A DNA stretch of 60,866 bases, counting the filler, from Rhabdomonas costata (Eukaryota), in the NCBI GenBank assembly GCA_019059605.1. It is 13 parts of 13 records of this genome, joined end to end, with 100 filler letters (N's around TTAATTAATTAA, not from the genome) between each part and the next. Parts side by side here need not be neighbours in the genome. Positions count along the whole stretch, not along the records: positions 37,566 to 42,140 come from JAHMHO010000202.1; positions 42,241 to 46,809 come from JAHMHO010000203.1; positions 46,910 to 51,517 come from JAHMHO010000204.1; 10 more parts are not named here. The stretch is one strand, 5' to 3'. The position numbers and the translations under genes are program-made. This document shows positions 37,987-49,084 of the stretch, piece after piece. The first letter of the stretch is position 1. Every line of letters begins with the position of its first letter. The notes below the pieces were generated by a model. It was given only the letters and a program-made list of their open reading frames with translations, did not search any database and was not told where the DNA came from.

Positions 37987-40049
37987 GTAATCTCGGTGGC
38001 TACTTCCATTTCGGAACTCAGACAAAACGAAAGCCAGACCTTTTCGGAGGTTTGTGGACATGTGCCTCCACCTGTTCCAGCCTTCTCTTGGACGCCTTTC
38101 TGAAAGTGGTGAAAGGATTGCTCAGTCTTTGTATAGTGATTTTTGTTTCATACAGCGTGAATCCATTGTGCTACCTTTTTGGCCTAGGTGAAAACCATGT
38201 CCACCATGGTCACCGAGCTCAAGGAGAAGCAGGACAGCGCAGTCACGGAGGTACGCATGTTTCTTGTACGCCCACGGTGATAGGGCGTAGCAAAGCGTAC
38301 CTCGACAGGCACGCGGAGCTTCGCATGTTTTTTGAATAGTGCTTGTCCCCGATGCTTTTTTCATTGTCGGTGCGCGTTCTTCCCACTCCTTTCAATTCAT
38401 ATGCGAATTCCGAGGGCAATCTTTTGCTTGTGTTTCCTTCCCCGTTAGGTAAAGACCATGACCACGGCGGTCACCGAGCTCAAGGACAGTCTTGTGACCG
38501 ACGTGTGTGCAACTCTGCCCCCCCCCCAAAAAAAGAAATATATTAAAATTGTTTTGCCAAGTGTGAAGTCTCACAAGGCGATGCCTTCGTAGGCACGATG
38601 CATGAGATATTTTCTGCATCTTCTCTGGACTTTTCTTTTTGGGTTAAATGGCTTCCCACAGCCCTCCCGGTGATTCCGTTTGTTCTCCAGAGGAAGACTG
38701 TAAACGCCACTGCGGAACTGCGGGACAAGTAAAACCAATCTTTGTTGCTGTGATAGTTCATAGCCGCTCTGACCTTGTGTGGGGTGTGTATATGGTCTCT
38801 TTCTGGACAAAATGTGATGGCGCTGATCCTGGAGTGATCTTTTTCAGCTGGAGACCCTGCAGGAATTAAGCTCTTTTGAGCTTCTCCTTTGCTGTGTTGT
38901 TTCAATTGCGAGTTCCGGTGCGCGTTCAGCCCGTGGTCTTACGTCCCAGGTGCAGTCGGCCAAAGACCTGAGGGAGCACTGTCACATTGAGGTGAGGGTG
39001 CATTGTGCTTTGTCACTTTGTCACGCATTGGGGTTTTGCTGTGGCAGGATATCAAGGTAAGATGGCGCCAAGGCGTTCTGTGTTCGTTGCCGAGTGCATT
39101 TCCATTTTTGGCTTCTCCGTGCCACCCTAGAACGCTTGCACTTGGCTTCCCTGGGGCTGATTGAACAATTCCACAAACGCATGAACTGCGTGGGGTTTGA
39201 ACGTTCATTTTTTCATAGAGAGAATATACATGGATTGAAAACGAGGCGAGCGGATACCGGTCGCGGTTCACGCTCATCATTTTCAGTCTTTCATAATACA
39301 TTATTTTTAGGCTGTCCGCCAGATGCTGCCTGTAGATTGGATATTGGTGTTCGAAAAAAGTTTAGGAAGTCAACAGTTCAGGAGCAATAGCCTCTGCCGG
39401 TTTCCAGCAAATACACGCTGGCTATTCATTCTTATTTTTGAACACCTCAGGTGGACCACGAAAAGGTTTCGGAGGCGGTGAAGACTGTGGTGTGCGCCAT
39501 TTGCAGATTTCTATTTTATGTTCACATCTGAGGGCCGTCCTGTCTGTGCGTTTCGCTGTGTGTGTAACTGCAGATGGAGTCATATATTTCGTCGATCACC
39601 AGCCTCACCGCAAAGCAGGATACGACCCTGACCCAGGTGGTTTTATATCCCTGGTTAATGATGTGTGCCCTTATATTGTCCCCGCATACGAAATCTCTCC
39701 TCCCTGACGTGTCCCCTATTTATATGGCACCCGCATGAAAAATAATGTGCAATTAGGCAATGTCACCGCTTTTATGCTTTTATGAGCACCTGTTATCGTG
39801 TTTTCTTCACACGACGCCACAGCGGGCTCTTTGACAAGTGTACGATAGGAGCTCAGGATATGGATAGGAGATCAGGATATGAGCAAGAAGCAACGTATTA
39901 AAGGCGCTTACTACGGTATTCGCGCTGCAGGATTGGTTCATTTTGAGCAGGGGAACGTGCATGCTTGTGCCCACGCTTTTTTCCAGGTGCAGTTAGTGTC
40001 AGAAACAATTTCTGACCTTAAGCGGAGGCATCTTCAGTTGGTGGCGGAG
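37987..40049 (+). CDS. Repetitive coiled-coil protein encoded by small phase-0 exons
   Basis: AG|exon|GT units at 37987-38049, 38188-38250, 38449-38502, 38950-38991, 39048-39056, 39451-39489, 39574-39636 and 39987-40049. Peptides are related (VKTMSTMVTELKEKQDSAVTE, VKTMTTAVTELKDSLVTD). Confidence 0.7.
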
Positions 40050-40578
40050 GTGTGTGGGAGTTTGGGTATTTTTAGCTTTCGAGAGGATTACCAACCCCCT
40101 CCTTTCTACCAGCCCCCGTACGTCGACTGGACCGGGGTGCACTTTGCCTCATATGGTGTTTGCGTCGGTTTATGCTTATTTCGTTAGTGTTTTTCTTGTT
40201 GTAGTTCTCACCCCTTTTGTTTGAATGACAAACAGGCAAAAAGGAAAAAATGAGCTTCCGAGGTGCACGAACCGCTGAATTTAGGAAAGACAGGGCATGC
40301 GGCGTTACGGGACACGTATTGTGAGTTATTAGATTATTGGTTTTTGCTTTGCCTTTTGAAAAGTTTGGTTCGTACTGTTCTTTGGGGACCTCCCGGTCCC
40401 CTAACGGCACTTTCATCGTCGCTGGTAGCTTCCGTTCCTGTGCTGGGTTGTGGTTCCGGCTGTTCATGTTAATCAGTTTAGTTTAACTTCAATTGCGGCC
40501 GTTTTTCACTGTGCAAAGTATCTTTTCCGGAGATTTTGGTTGGACTTGCATTTTCGCTTTCTCCGGTTCGACATTTAG

Positions 40579-41666
40579 TTCCGCGAGTCTTTGAGGCAAT
40601 TGCTCGCCGGCGGTGGAGAAGATGAAGAGAGCGAAGAGATGTTCGATATGATGACGGAAGACCTAGCAGGCAAGGTTGTTCGCAGTCTTTTCCTTGGCCA
40701 CTGACATTTCCTGTGGGTAGGGAGCCTGTGTAAGCGTGCACATCCTCGCACTGATGAAAACATTTAGATCCTACACCTTTCTACACCTTTGTGCTTACAT
40801 ATCGTGTCACCGCCATGGGCTGGAATGCTCTTCTTTGCAGCTACCCTGCGTGCCTTTTAAGGGCCTTTTTGGGACTAGGCTTTCTTAGACTTTTGCAGGC
40901 CTGTGATCCTGGGCCTGGGTTTTGCCCAAGGTTTTTCTTGACCTAAGATTAGATCTCAGGAAAAGTTCTCGTTGCTATCATGATGCGTGGGCTATTTGGT
41001 TGCGACCAAACACAACAATACTTGCTCTTCTGCACACGCGCAACAAAATATGCATGCAATTGTTGCTGTTTTTAGTGAATTAGTCATCGTAAAGCGGGGA
41101 ATGTGGTGATTTGTGTACAACGCTGACATTGGCACCCTGGTAATGATGTGTCGGGCTAAGTTTGATGTCGCCAAAAAAAACGGGCGTTGGGTCATGGGCA
41201 AGTTATTTGTAACCTTTGTTATTTGTAACTTATTTCTACCCTCCCCCAGGGTCTTGGAGGGGGGGGGCAAGTGCCAGTCTTTTCCAAAAAGAAAACGAAA
41301 GATTATACTGATGGATACCTGGTGCGTTGCAAGTGGTGTTGTTTTTGTGCACACATTACGATAGCTGTTTTGGATATTTTTTGCCGTTTTGTTTAACAAC
41401 AGTTCCTTTTGGATCGCCCTCATCATACTCTCGGCAGGAAGACCCTGGTGAGTGGAAAATTGAAAGCAATGTCTCCCCTCAGAAAGGCAGGCCGAATATC
41501 CTCTTCCCATGGCCTACGACGCTCTCCAGGGTGTAGCAGGGGTGTTTGCCGGGTTGTGGTGGGAGTTTGGAACTGGTAATTTTGGTGTGCCCAGATTGTT
41601 GACTACCTGCTGGACGAGGACCTCTTTTACAAGCTGAAGAAGTACCTCCATCACCTGGACCGCCAG
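40579..41666 (+). CDS. Further small exons of a hypothetical protein, possibly the same gene as above
   Basis: Acceptor-bounded open segments FRESLRQLLAGGGEDEESEEMFDMMTEDL, FLLDRPHHTLGRKTL|GTGAGT and IVDYLLDEDLFYKLKKYLHHLDRQ. Confidence 0.4.
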
Positions 41667-42829
41667 GCAGGACCTGCTCTTTGATCCATTTTTTTCGGTA
41701 GAGCAGCATGGTATGTTTGACTTGTTAAGTTAAGGCCTGAAGGCTTGTGTCGTTACTGTGTTTTGAATGAGACGAGCTGAACCCTTGATTCCCCTTTGCT
41801 TCTGGTTTACTTCATCACCGCCAACGTGGCTCGGGGTTAATGGACATTGTTGGCATAACACTCGCCGGCAGGGAGATTGTTTGGCTTTCCTCTGATCGTG
41901 CTCGCCCAAACTCAGTGTGGGCATACCCTTCCTCCCAAGCGACAGTGGTAGCGTTCCCATGGCCATGTCGTTATCTTGTTGTGTTCTGCTTTGCCTCTAT
42001 ATGCGTTCGGCGGGCCCAACCTTGGTTCCCTCAGAATGTCTTTGTGACCTACAACACTGGAGGATCTGGTGGGCCCGATGGCCATGGAAGATTTGTAGCG
42101 TTCGCGCCCTTCCCCGCGGTAGGCCACACCCCACCCCCCCNNNNNNNNNNNNNNNNNNNNNNNNNNNNNNNNNNNNNNNNNNNNTTAATTAATTAANNNN
42201 NNNNNNNNNNNNNNNNNNNNNNNNNNNNNNNNNNNNNNNNGTGGGGTGGTAGGCCCAAACCATTTGCCCCAAGCGGAGCGTTCCGCATTGTCCTTCTCCT
42301 TAAGAGAACGAAGTACTGGCGCACTGTCCGGTTTGCCAGCAACAAATTTAGCTGGCTTTCTGCATTCCGCTTGTTGCGGTTTGTTTTGCTTGAGTGATGT
42401 GGAGCCGATTGACAAAGTGAAGAAATCTATCTGGCCTGCAAAAGGCTTGGGATATTAGGTAACCTCTGCTGAAGAGCTAAACACCCCCAACTGGAAAGAC
42501 CCCCCCCCCGAATAGCAGCGCAAGAGAGAGCTGTGGCGAGGAAACGGCAAGCCTGCAGAAAGAATATGCAGGAATGACACAACAGAAAGAAAAGTTTTGA
42601 GCACCGTCTCTCGTTTCATAAACAGGAATGCACTTAAACTCATTGTGTGTGTGCATGTCAATGTGTGGGTGAGAGTAACGAAACCGGGAAAACAGGAGAA
42701 GAAGACCGAAACTAAGTCCATTCGACAATGCGTTGGTGAAAACCACAACGCACAACTATCGTGTGTGAAACATGCGAGGAACGTCATTTTTGTATGTGTA
42801 TGGTTGTGGGGTGAGCAGCAAAGGCAGGA

Positions 42830-45305
42830 ACCTCCGCCTTCTTCGCGGGGATCATATTCCGCACAAACGTTAGCAGCTCCTGGCACAGCCGCAGCGCGGC
42901 GAGCTGGTCCGCCGAGCCCTCGGGCGCGTGTAGGCACCGCACCAGGGCCTGCACCAGCTCCTTGTCCCCGCACAGGTCGGCAATGATCCCGTTCTGCCGC
43001 ACCACAACCATGCTGGCCACGGAGCACATCGTGGCCTCGTCGAGGTACCGTGCCACCACGACATCCCGGAAGTACTGAAGCCTGAACACCAACCACAAAA
43101 ATATAGGCACCCACCAACAAAAGTCATCGCGAGTGCCGAAAGGCTTCGAGGTTTTCGAGGGTTTGGAGGCGGGTACCGAAGCGGGCCAAATTAACGCACT
43201 CATGCACGTCGTCATATACGTTTGAATTGGGTTGGGCTGGTCAAGATTGGGCAGCGAGGATGTGAATTTCAGACCTATCCCACAGCAGACAACAGAATTA
43301 TTTCTGAGAGTGCCGCGGTAGGTGGAGGCGAGGGCCTACACTATCGATGCAGGTCTCAAGCGGGTTCAAATCTAACCATTTGCACCTGATAGATGATGTT
43401 GTCAGTGGATCACTGATGCATACTCATCTTTATACACACACAGAGATAACCTGAAGGTGTCATGGATACGGCGCTTGAGGTCGGGGCGTAGCGGAAGGAT
43501 CTCCCGGAACTCCACACCCTTCTCAAGGTACTGCCGGTGCCCAAGCTTCCGCCGCAGCACAGGGTCGTACTCCAGCACCCCGATCAGCTTCATGAGGTTA
43601 CGCCCCGCCAGCACCGCGGAAAGGACCCCGGGGTCGTTCAACATCACCATGGTCAGGGCAATCCGGAACACCCGGTAAAGGGACTCGGTGTCATCCAGGT
43701 CCTCGCATTGGTCGAAGATGTCAAAGAGCTTGTCCAGAAATCTAATATTCGAAAACGAAGGGCTCAGCATAGGGTTAGGGCCTAGCGATAGAGATGGAGT
43801 ACGTACGCAGAGAAGGCTTGCCCCATAACACCGGCTCCGTGTTCCCTGCGGTAGGCTGAACACATCCCAACCACAAAATCCACAGGAAACGCACGTGGAT
43901 GTCCTTGGAACATAGGGAGGGAGGGGGGGGGTAAGTCGGAAGACCGGTTGAACTCCCGACCCCACAAATATACATTGGTTATGCATACACTGGTCGCGTA
44001 GTTGGTTAAGGGAATGCAATGGGGGGACGTGCCTGTGCATGGAAGTCATCTGAATAACAAAATACCAACACCACTGGACGAGACAACAATTGGATCAAAG
44101 TACAATATCTCAGAATAGGAATAGCATCTTGTTGATTTCGGATTAAGGCCAGGAAATCAAGCTATGAGTACGAGGTCTGGGTGCTGTGTGAGTGTGTGTA
44201 TGTGTGTGGGGTGACTATAATAAGGTATTTTGGGCCCTTGCAGTGTGGCGATCAGATTGAAAGATATAGAGAAAAAGGTAGGGAAACACAGAGAATGCAG
44301 GAACCTCGGCTGCGAGATCCGCTCCGCCGCGGCCCTCCGCTGCGACAGCGGGAGGGTGGAGACCCGCACCAGGGCGTCTTGCAGAGATGCCAGGGAGGTG
44401 ATGTCCGGCTCCGGAACCGTCACCTCCTCTGCCAGAGTCGGGGTCTCGTCGTCATCGGACGTGTCGTCAAGGAAGTCCGAGGAGGAGGGTGCCCCACCGG
44501 GGCGGCCCCCAGAACGGCGCTGCTGCTGTTGCAGCCGCCTCAGCTGCTCCAGCACGGAAGCGCAGCCCAGGGCGGACTGGAAGCTTAGCGCGAGGTTCTG
44601 CTGCTGGAAGCTGTCATCCCAGACAATCAGGGTGTCCCCCTGCGCAGATGCAGAGCAGAATTAAAAACAACTCCCACAACTTTAATGGCTTTTCACCCGT
44701 TCCAGGTCCAGTTGTGCACGGATTATGGAGCCTTGGGCCCGTGTGAACTTCTTTGTGCTTCCTGTGCTCATGGGGACTGCTAGACGCTGAAGCTCAACCG
44801 TGTCAGAACCGCTGGATGGTACGGAAAGGCGGAACCATTTTAAATCCTAGTTGAGAAAAACCAGCAAATACCCGCGCTTTTATTTTTAAAGTTCGTGGTG
44901 ACGAGTGGGAGGAGGGCTATGCCGAAGCAGGCCTGGGGTGTTTTGCATTCGTGGTGAAAGAGAGTGAGCAATAAGTGAGGCAATTTCAAACGATGTTTGA
45001 AGATAGACGCCCAGCGGCGCGCTTGATTGTGCTGAGCCGCTAGTTTTCGAAAAAGCGACCGATACAGAGAGAGACAGAGAGTGCGATGAATGCGGCCAGG
45101 GCGGCAGTGCCTGGGGCTCATAGGTGTGGTCCACTCCCAGGGGAGTGCTGAGCAAAGTGGAGCCATCCGTCTCATTGACCACCATAATGTGAGGGGTGCT
45201 CTGCTTCACCACCAGGCTGACATGACCCGTGCCTAGGTCCACCCACTGCCCATCTGTGCCGCATTGGTAGAGCTTCACTCGCCGGTCCTCCCGCTTCTCC
45301 GCCAT
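42830..45305 (-). CDS. PPP4R3: Protein phosphatase 4 regulatory subunit 3 (SMEK/Psy2), N-terminal part
   Basis: Exons 45305-45111 (RRVKLY...WVDLGTGHVS, EVH1-like), 44639-44305 (DTLIVW...LALSFQ), 43741-43451 (CEDLDD, IGVLEYDP, HRQYL, RIHDTFR) and 43081-~42830 (LQYFRDVVVARYLDE). Confidence 0.95.
44913..44948 (+). repeat. Copy of the dispersed 36-bp motif in PP4R3 intron 1
   Basis: AGGGCTATGCCGAAGCAGGCCTGGGGTGTTTTGCAT, 32/36 identical to 13790-13825. Confidence 0.85.
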
Positions 45306-46274
45306 CCGGGGTGCCGGCCGGAGTGCCGGGGGACTTCGCACCACCACCAACCACCACCAACCAAGAACCACGTGCAAACAGACACGCTCACCCCACCTGA
45401 AACGAAAACCTTACCGTGAAAAAAGGGTTACACAAGTGCACCAACCCCTCTTAACTCCCCCTTAACTCTAGCAACCAGCAATAAAAGCACGCAGGCTGTG
45501 GAAAAAAGACGCCAAAGCAGAAATCTGACACTAACTGACCACACCGCATAAGTGAATAACGAGGGACAAATCGCTGCATCCATGCTTCCAGTGCTTGCGC
45601 GCTCCACGGAGAGAGCGCCTGAAAAATACTGGGGCGTATCACAAAAAATCCAAACTCTCTTAATTGATTTTCAAAACTGCGAACAATTTACAAACCTCCA
45701 CGGATTATGACATAACGCCGATCAAACACAACATTCGGTTTCACTACTTGTCCCCAACATAGTTGTCAGGGTGGGCTAAGGGGACAAGAATGTGGCGCAG
45801 ATTGCACTCAAACGGCTTCAGAGGCTTCCAGTCTGTCAGATTCTGAAATGAGACACATTAGAGTGCGTGCATTATGGATGGCCCCTTCAGCCCACTCCAA
45901 CATGGCAAATCCAGAACCACCGTACCCAAAGCCGACTTACGTTTCGAATTTTAGCAGCAGGGCACAAACACATTGAAGGAAAGAAAATGTCAGAGGTGTT
46001 CCGGAGGAAGGGGTGATTGCGATGCCATGAACTTCCCGTTAAAAGGGCACAGGGTCAAACGAGTGAAGGCATCTGGCGTTCCCAAGGAAGGAGTGATTGC
46101 GACGCCGAACACCGTCATGCACTACCCATGAAAAAGGCACAGAACGAGTGAAGGGCGAACCCAACTGAACAGGCGCAAAGAATCTCTGCGCGCTGCACAC
46201 GAACCCTGCCATCGGGGAAACACCTTCCGTGATGGTTAACACTTCTCATCGGTGCCCACCGGTAGGCTTATCGT

Positions 46275-46809
46275 TCACCACGACTGGAACTCCTCGGGTG
46301 GGGGCCGAAAGGGGATCGCCCTTCGGCACTCGAAGATGTTGCGCCACGTGCCCTCGTGGCCCTTGGTGACCCCAGAGAACTCCGCGTCAGCCCGGAACAG
46401 CGAGGGGAGGGTCATCCGGTACTCATCTGCACGCACGATGTGTCCGAGCACCTCTCCGATGCCGTGCTCGCTCCAGGGGTGATGGCACGTCTCGCATGTG
46501 GAAAAGATGCTCTCCAGCCCATCCGTGGTGATGTACTGCAGGCACCTGCAGTCCTGGGCGTTGCACCGGAACTGCCCATGCAGCCCCGTCACGCCAGCCT
46601 AACCAACAACGCCACTGCGCCCAAAACCCTGAAACTCCAGAAGCCGAGAGGAGGCTAATAGCTTTCCCTTCACCCACTCGTACTCGGGTGGGGGCCGAAA
46701 GGGGATCGCCCTTCGGCACTCGAAGATGTTGCGCCACGTGCCCTCGTGGCCCTTGGTGACCCCAGAGAACTCCGCGTCAGCCCGGAACAGCGAGGGGAGG
46801 GTCATCCGG
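46275..46809 (-). CDS. C-terminus of a Cys/His zinc-binding protein with an in-frame internal duplication
   Basis: CNAQDCRC...CETCHHPWSEH motif. Phase-0 GT-AG intron 46673-46599. 46293-46419 is identical to 46683-46809. Stop at 46275. Confidence 0.65.
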
Positions 46810-49084
46810 NNNNNNNNNNNNNNNNNNNNNNNNNNNNNNNNNNNNNNNNNNNNTTAATTAATTAANNNNNNNNNNNNNNNNNNNNNNNNNNNNNNNNNNN
46901 NNNNNNNNNGCACATATACACGAGCGCAGGAACCGGTATGCATTCGCTCGCCACATTCTTGACCCCATGCTTGTCGTGCGCAGTTTCCAAAGGACCCGAA
47001 CCTGAACAGCCCATTGCAACAAAACACCAATGTGCATCACACTTCCGCAACAGAACAACGGGCAGACAAACCTCACAAAAACGATTCCCAAGTTGCCAGC
47101 CAGAAAGGATTCCGCACATGGTTTTTACGAAGTGGAACAAAGGAAAATGGCGGCCCCCAAAGCGATTTGGATATTAGCTTCGAGCAGAGTGCGCCTTCAA
47201 GACATTCTCAAAAAGCCCGGATAAAACCCCGCCGAAAAAACAAAACGAGGATGGGCAGCACATTTCCTTGGGAAACGCGACTTCCCGAGGTCGTGGTCAT
47301 TTCTTGTCAGAAGACTGCAAGAAGACTGCGGAGGGGAGCGGAAAGACAAACCCCCCACTGGCAACCTCCGAAACGCTCTCATCACAGCGTCGTTCTGCAC
47401 GACGACCAGAGGTTTTCCTTCCTCCATTTCACGCCACCATCACAATGATGGCACATGTACATTTATGCCCCCAGCCACCCAAACCCGCTGCAGCCCGCGC
47501 ATCCATGTCCAACAAACGAAAGCACCTGGGATCTTGGGTAGTGGAGCGGCCCGTGAATCCCCACCTAACCCCCTGCACTCTCAGGAAGTGGTCCAGTTCT
47601 AGTTCACAGCTCAAATACGGTGGACCAACCCTACTGAGGGGGAGGGGCATAACTAACTAGCGCGGGGAGAATGAGGAGAGGGAACTGTATGAGGACAGTT
47701 AGGAATAAGCAGGAGGAATAATCAAGACCATAAACAGCACCAGGGTATCTGAGACCACCCACCTTTCTGCCGACACACAGAGCAGAGAAGCAGAAGTCAC
47801 TTTCGAAGGATTCCAACGCAATGAGTCGACGAACCGAAGGTATCAAGAGTACAGAGGCAGGCTGGGGTGGCCCCCATTCGCCCAGAAAAGCACTACGGAG
47901 AAAAAAACGTATCCCGGCGGGCCGACAGATAGGATACCCACGCACGCAAAAAGGGAAATCGAGGAATCGAGAGTGGCAGGAGTCTGCCCGCCGGCACGTG
48001 GAGTATCCCACTTCATCTTCCGCGCTCAGCGGTCGCCCTCTTCAGGGTGGGCCAGGAGCCGCCCCAGGAAGGGAGTCTCGTACCCCAGCACTGCCCGCTG
48101 CACCATTGTGGAAGCTGTGCGAGATAAATGAGAGGGCCAGGGTTCGCAGTGGTTCTAAATGGAGCAAAGGAGGCCTTTGATTACTGGGGGCACTGGTGCC
48201 GCGTCGACCACTCTGATCTGGGGTCAAAGAAAAATCGTTTTGTTCCAGCCCACAAATAATTACGGTTAGGGAAAGGGGGTAGTGCAAAAAAGTGAGAGGG
48301 ATAATCCAAGCGTCACGGTCGACCATGAAACATCAGGGCGCTGTTATTATCCCTTGCTATCCCCCACCCTCCTCCCACAGTTCTTGGGGCCAACGTCAGG
48401 CCAAGGGAAGTGAGAGAGTAGGAGTAAGCTGTATAATCTACTGGAGCCAAGGAGATTCACTGCAGAAATAACCGTCACTGTAATTGGCTTTGCGGGCTTT
48501 GGAGGGCAGCAAGGTGAAGGAATCGCTATTTCTGCGAGCAACGCTGAAGCGATCTCAACCTGAGAACAGAAGGTCACTTCAGTTCCGCTTCCTTCGGAAG
48601 CTGGACCCCTAAGAAGACTTGAGGTGGGAAGTACAGAATGGAAGGGCAGCATACGCTGAACAAGGGGTACGCTTTCCCCATGCTGAGGGTTGGCCTCGCC
48701 GTCCTGCGACTCCTCCCCAAAAGAGGGATGCGGACCTGAAGTGGGCAAGCCACGCAATCGTGCCATTTCCTTAAAATAACAGCTGACCACGCTTTAAGCA
48801 TTGCGATAGACGGGAAACAGCACCCACTACTGAGAACTCAACGGTGATGGGCATTTTCTGCCAAAAATTCCTGCGTTGCCCGCAGTTCTAAATTCTAAAT
48901 TAAGAGTTTTAAGGAGGTCCTTCCCGCACTGCAACACGCCAGCCAGCACCGCCAGCAAAGACGGAGAGGAAGAGAGAGAAAGAATAAATCTAGCAACAAC
49001 GGTTGACACAGGTTGCGAACATGCGCAAAGGAGCAGGAAGGATGAACGGATGCGCACTGTACAGAGGGCGTGGGATACTGTTGA

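Noticed and set aside
43305..43380. tRNA B-box-like GGGTTCAAATC in a PP4R3 intron
   Set aside because: No cloverleaf or convincing A box could be built.
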